Of a stretch of 64,000 nucleotides of DNA, positions 59,150 to 64,000 are shown in pieces. A program made the position numbers and the translations under genes. The stretch comes from Piromyces finnis finn (taxonomy: Eukaryota; Fungi; Neocallimastigomycota), in the NCBI GenBank assembly GCA_002104945.1, contig MCFH01000013.1:310001-374000 (forward strand). The letters are read 5' to 3'. The number at the start of each line of letters is the position of its first letter. Position 1 is the stretch's first letter. Below the pieces are notes generated by a model, which worked only from the letters and a program-made list of their open reading frames with translations, made no database searches and had not been told where the DNA came from.

Positions 59150-61331
59150 TTATAATTCAAAATCATCAAAAGCTTGTTGTAATGATTTCCCTAGAATTTC
59201 GTTTAATTCCTTTATATGTTTGTTGCTTTTTAGTCTTTTTTCAAAAGCTTTATATTCTTTACAAGCTTTTTCAATATTCATAATAAAATTAGGTGCTGCT
59301 CTTGATACAACCCAATTCTTTAATACCAATGGTATATTTCCTTTAGGATCATCATAATACTTTTCATATTTATATAAAAAAAAAGTAATATTTAATTAAA
59401 TAATAATAATAATATAATAATAAAAATAGTCAATAATTATATTCCATAATTCATATAAATCAAGGATAGATAGATTCAATAATAACTATTATATGTTCTA
59501 CAATACAATATTATTATATAATTACCTCCATGTATACATTGCATTTACCATCTTCACAATCAGAATAAAATACTGTCATTTGTTCATACTCTGTAATTCG
59601 TATAGTCCTGGAATTAATATTTTTATTATTAAGCTCTTCATTCGAATTGGTATTATTTAAAGAACTATTATCAGCAATCAGAAATAGCATATCATTAAAC
59701 TTTTTTTTATAATTTATATATAAAATTATATAGTACATTTATAATATTAATATTATTATATTATTATTATTATATTTTACTTATTTATTTTTATTTTTAG
59801 AAATTAATAAATCAAATTTATAAATTAGTATAAAAAAAAAAAAACAATTTCAAAGTATTATTTTTTTTTTCTTTTATTTATACAATACCTTATGTTCATA
59901 TGTATTTCGTTCAAAAATATATTCACGATTACAAAAAGGCCAAGGAAATTTAATCTCCCAATGGATTTCAAAATCTTTTAAATCATTATTAATATTAGAC
60001 TGAGAAGAAAATGTTTTATCCTTACGTTCAAATATATTAATTTGTTGTTTAAGATCATCCCATTCTTTACGATATTCTAAATCCATATAGACATCATAGG
60101 CTTCTTTTAATGTAACATTATTCAAATGACCTAATATAATATATTCATTAATTCCAGTTAAAGGACGAACTCTAGTATAAACTTTAATTCTATTTTTAAT
60201 GACTGAATCAAGGGTATAATGTGTTAAATCTGGATGTAAAGCTCTTTCAGCAATTTGATCTAAATCTTTTTTTACATATATACTTGATTTACTTTTAGAT
60301 TTACTTTCAGCTAATACTTTAGAAGAAAATGGTTTAGTATCATTTGATATTTGGTTTGATAGTAAAGAGGAAGGGTTACTTGAAATTGATAAATTTTTAT
60401 CTTTGACTGAATTATTATTTATGTCTTTTGGTATAGAAGAAATGAATGTTGTATTTGTTTCCTTTGTGTTATTGGTTTTAGAAAGGACCATTAAATTATT
60501 AACGGTGATATCGGTTGAATGAACCCACTCTTCACTATCATTACACGTTTTTTTGATAATGTTATTAATGGTTTCATTAGTATCCGTAATAGTATTGTCT
60601 TTATTGTATTTTGTTTGACTTTTAAGACTGTGAAAAGATAATGATTTTTTTGATTTAAAATTGATATTGGCATTAGTAGCAGATAGATATTTATTATTAT
60701 TGATGTCTTTATTGTTGTTAATACTACGATCATCATTAAAAACACAAATAGAGTTATTATTATTGGTATAGTTTGTGTTCACAATGGCAGAAGTCTTTTT
60801 GGATAGAGGATGAGAACACGAATTGAAGTTTTCTGTATCATCCTTGTTAGAAACTGTTGTAAAAAATGATTCTGTTGATTCAAGTGATATTGCAGATTTA
60901 AATTCTGTGAGACTTTTTCTATTAGAATGTAATGAAGGTACGATAGAAGGAGTAGGTGAATAAAGTTGTAATGAATCATATTTATCTTGTAGATGGTCTC
61001 TTTCTAAGGAACTGACATTGGTATAATCTATAACATAATATGAATGGTCTTCCGCTGTACTTGGAGCATAAGAAAGAGCAGTAACTGCTATAACTGATGT
61101 ATCAATTGAAGTATTACCACCTTCTTTTGAAACAACATTTTCTATATTATTATTAGAATTACATACACCCTTTAATTGTATAATTTCACCTTCCGATGTA
61201 AAAATATCACTATTTTTAATACTACTTTTAATTGGCTTTTTAGTGGTATCAATGAAGCCTTGCTTCAATAATGAATTTTTTTTATCTTTAGTCCTCCTTT
61301 TTTTAAAAGGAAAGCAACAAAATATACGCAT
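59150..61331 (-). CDS. START-domain lipid-transfer protein (PCTP/STARD2-STARD7-like) with long Ser/Asn-rich N-terminus; 3 exons
   Basis: AYDVYMDLEYRKEWD, IHWEIKFPWPFCNREYIFER, then exon 59699-about 59525 (TIRITEYEQMTVF) and a final exon YYDDPKGNIPLVLKNWVVSRAAPNFIMNIEKAC. TAA at 59152-59150. Confidence 0.85.
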
Positions 61332-63742
61332 TTTTAAAATATATATAACATATATAATATTTATATTATAAAATACTATAATATTAAAATAGAAATGCTG
61401 ACTTTATTTTTTTTTTTTAATTTATAAAAAAATGAAAAAAATGTAATAATAATAATTGTAGTAGTAGTAAAGAAGAAAAAGACGAAAAAAAAAATATTTT
61501 CTAAAATATTGTTAATTCCGATTTACTAATTGATTTATTTTTTCTTTATAAAAAAAAAACTGAAATTAGAAATTTATATAATGACATTTCTTTTTTATAA
61601 TATCAATTGAATTTCTTCTCTTTACATAAAAATAAACTATTAAGTAATTCTTGATAAATATAAATTTTAAAACAGTTTTATTTCTATCATTATTTCATTA
61701 TTTTCATTTTTTTTTTTTTTTTTTTTTTTAAATTATTTTTTTCTTTTTTTTTTATATTAAAAAGAAAAATATATACTTTTTTTTTTTTTTTTTATTAAAC
61801 CATAGATTTTTTAAAAAAAAAAAAAATTTAAATTTTTATTAATAAATATTATATTAAAAAAAAAAAAAAAAGATTAATTAAAATAAAACAATAAAAATTA
61901 AAAAGGATTATTTTGTTAAAATATTTATTTTTTTTTTTTTTTCTTGACTTTATTTTACAGTAAAATCACATAAACATTAATTATATATCTTTTTTTTTTT
62001 TTTTTTTTTTGGAAAATATACATTATTCAATTATTTTAAAATAATATGGTATTCAATATTTCTATGAACTTTAACGTTTTTACATTAACACTTTAGAAAA
62101 AAAAAAAAAAAAAACACTTTTTTTTATATAAAACTATAAAATGTACCTATTTTTTTTTATATTTTTTTAAAAAAAAATTTATTTAAATAAAAAAATTTAA
62201 CAAAATGCAAAAGATATTTTCTTTAACCATGAATATGTGTATGTGTAAAAAAAAAAAAAAAAGTTATATATTCATGGTTTAAATGCTTTTATTTTATAAA
62301 AGATTTTTATATATTTTTGTATATTTTTATATGTTTTTAAATACAAAAGAAATAAAACTAAAAATAATTATCTATTGATAAATATTTTTATTTTTATTTT
62401 TTTTTTAAAAAAAAATATTTTGTATATTTATGTTTATATATTTCTTTATATTTATTTTTGCTTTTCGTTTGTTTTTGGTTTTATTTCGTTGTTGTTTTTA
62501 ATTTTACTTTTTTGCTTTTATTTACCAATTTTTATTCTGTTTTATAAATTTGTTATTTATGATTATTGGTTTTTATGCTTTTTTAAATGTTTTTTTTTTT
62601 ATGTAATATAGTTTTGTGTTATTTAACAAAACTTTTTTTTTTTTTTTTTGTAAAATAAATGTTATTTTTATTTGTTTTTATTTTTTAAACTAAAATAAAA
62701 ATGTATTGAATATTGAATAGGTTTTACGTTTTGGTTATTATTATTTTTAGTTCTTTGTATTTATGTTTTGCTTTTTGAATAAAGGAAAAACGAATTTAAA
62801 AAAAAAAAAACACAAATATATTTATATTTATAATAAACAAAATTGTTTATTATATATAAAATATATTTTTTTTCCTTTTTTTTTTTTTTTTTGGCTTTAA
62901 TCTTTAGATTTTTATAAAAAAAATATTTATGCATTATGTTGAAAATATATATAAAAATAATATAATAAAATTATATTAAATTCATATATTTATGGGAATT
63001 TGGATTGAATAATAATTTTATATGAATTTTAAAATTTATAATTTTTTTATTATGATGATTTGGTATCATAACGTATTCTTTTATTAAAATCACATAGGAT
63101 TTTAATTTTAATTATAATTTTAAAAGATTACATTATTCAATTTCTTCTCTTCATGTAATGATGGAATTAAATAAATAAATGTTAAAATAATATATATTTA
63201 ATGATTTGTTGTTCTTTTTCTCCTGCATCTTTTACTCCCTTTTCCTTTTCCTTTTTTTTTTTTTTTTTTTTTTTTGAAGCGTTATTGTTAATAAACAGTT
63301 TCCGAAAGAATGGTTGGGGAAAAAATAAATCAGTTATATATTATTCATTAGTTTAATGTAATGATAATTACAAATCATAATTACTGGAAATTATACTAAT
63401 TAAAAAACTTCAAAATAATGGAATTAAATATTAAATTAATTCTATGACATTAAAATTGGATAGAAAGAAAAGACGTCTTAGCTTTTCATCCTGAAATATA
63501 AAAAAGGAAAAAATTAACAAAATTTTCTCATTTTCTCCAAATGATATATATATTCTTTTTTTCTTTTCCTCTTTCATTTATATAAATAAATAAATTAGAT
63601 GAATTGAATGCCGAAAAAAAAAAGTATTATTTTCATTTTACTTTCTTATTTAAACATCTTTTGTTATACTGGAAATGGTCGTTCTAATGTTATAATAATA
63701 AAAAAAGGATAAATAAAATAAATATTAAACATACTATTTAAT

Positions 63743-64000
63743 TTATGCTGAAGTTGAAGTTGTGGTGGAATTAATTATGGTTTGTTGTTGGCGTTGTAAA
63801 GCAAGAACTTGTTGTACGAGCATTTGTTGTTGTTGTTGAGCTAAAGCGGCAACGGTTGCAGCAGAAACTGCTGGATTGGAGTGTATATTACGATTTGCGA
63901 TAGATGCATTTGCAGCAGCGGAATTAAATTGTTGAATAGTAGAATGATCTACACACCAGTGGCGGTGACCAGTAATCCATGCTGCTTTTTGACACTCACG
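63743..64000 (-). CDS. 3' end of a MYND zinc-finger protein (SamB/Mub1-like); partial, runs off the window edge
   Basis: The minus strand reads RECQKAAWITGHRHWC (end of a MYND finger, as in SamB/Mub1 C..CQ..AW..HRHWC), followed by an Ala/Gln-rich tail and TAA at 63745-63743. Confidence 0.7.
   Translation of the reverse strand, partial: RECQKAAWITGHRHWCVDHSTIQQFNSAAANASIANRNIHSNPAVSAATVAALAQQQQQMLVQQVLALQRQQQTIINSTTTSTSA

Overview
Extremely AT-rich eukaryotic DNA with short GT-AG spliceosomal introns, long poly(A)/poly(T) runs and (AAT)n microsatellites. Fungal-type genes (Reg1-like, SamB/Mub1-like, Sqs1-like, phosphoacetylglucosamine mutase) occur together with a ciliary/centriolar gene (CCDC13-like). 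This combination points to a zoosporic fungus, most plausibly an anaerobic gut fungus (Neocallimastigomycota); that assignment is an inference. I reconstructed 15 complete and 1 partial protein-coding genes by joining exons by hand: an orphan type I membrane protein, XPB/Ssl2, a TLDc/Oxr1 protein, CCDC13, PGM3/Agm1, Sqs1-like R3H/G-patch, Reg1-like, 5'-nucleotidase III, an FBXO31-like F-box protein (frameshifted in a poly-Asn tract), Not2, Vps68/TMEM50, Rtf2, TBCC, a 1346-aa FHA protein with an unexplained C-terminal domain, a START-domain protein and the 3' end of a MYND-finger SamB/Mub1 gene. There is also one decayed non-LTR retrotransposon fragment. I found no rRNA, tRNA or CRISPR array. 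The most unusual items are the FHA plus putative Tubby/LURP-like architecture, the FBXO31-like protein, a Not2 with a prion-like tail, a candidate palmitoylated START protein, 8-nt and 24-nt microexons, and poly(A)-preceded 3' splice sites. All family assignments come from motif recognition by eye, not from database searches.
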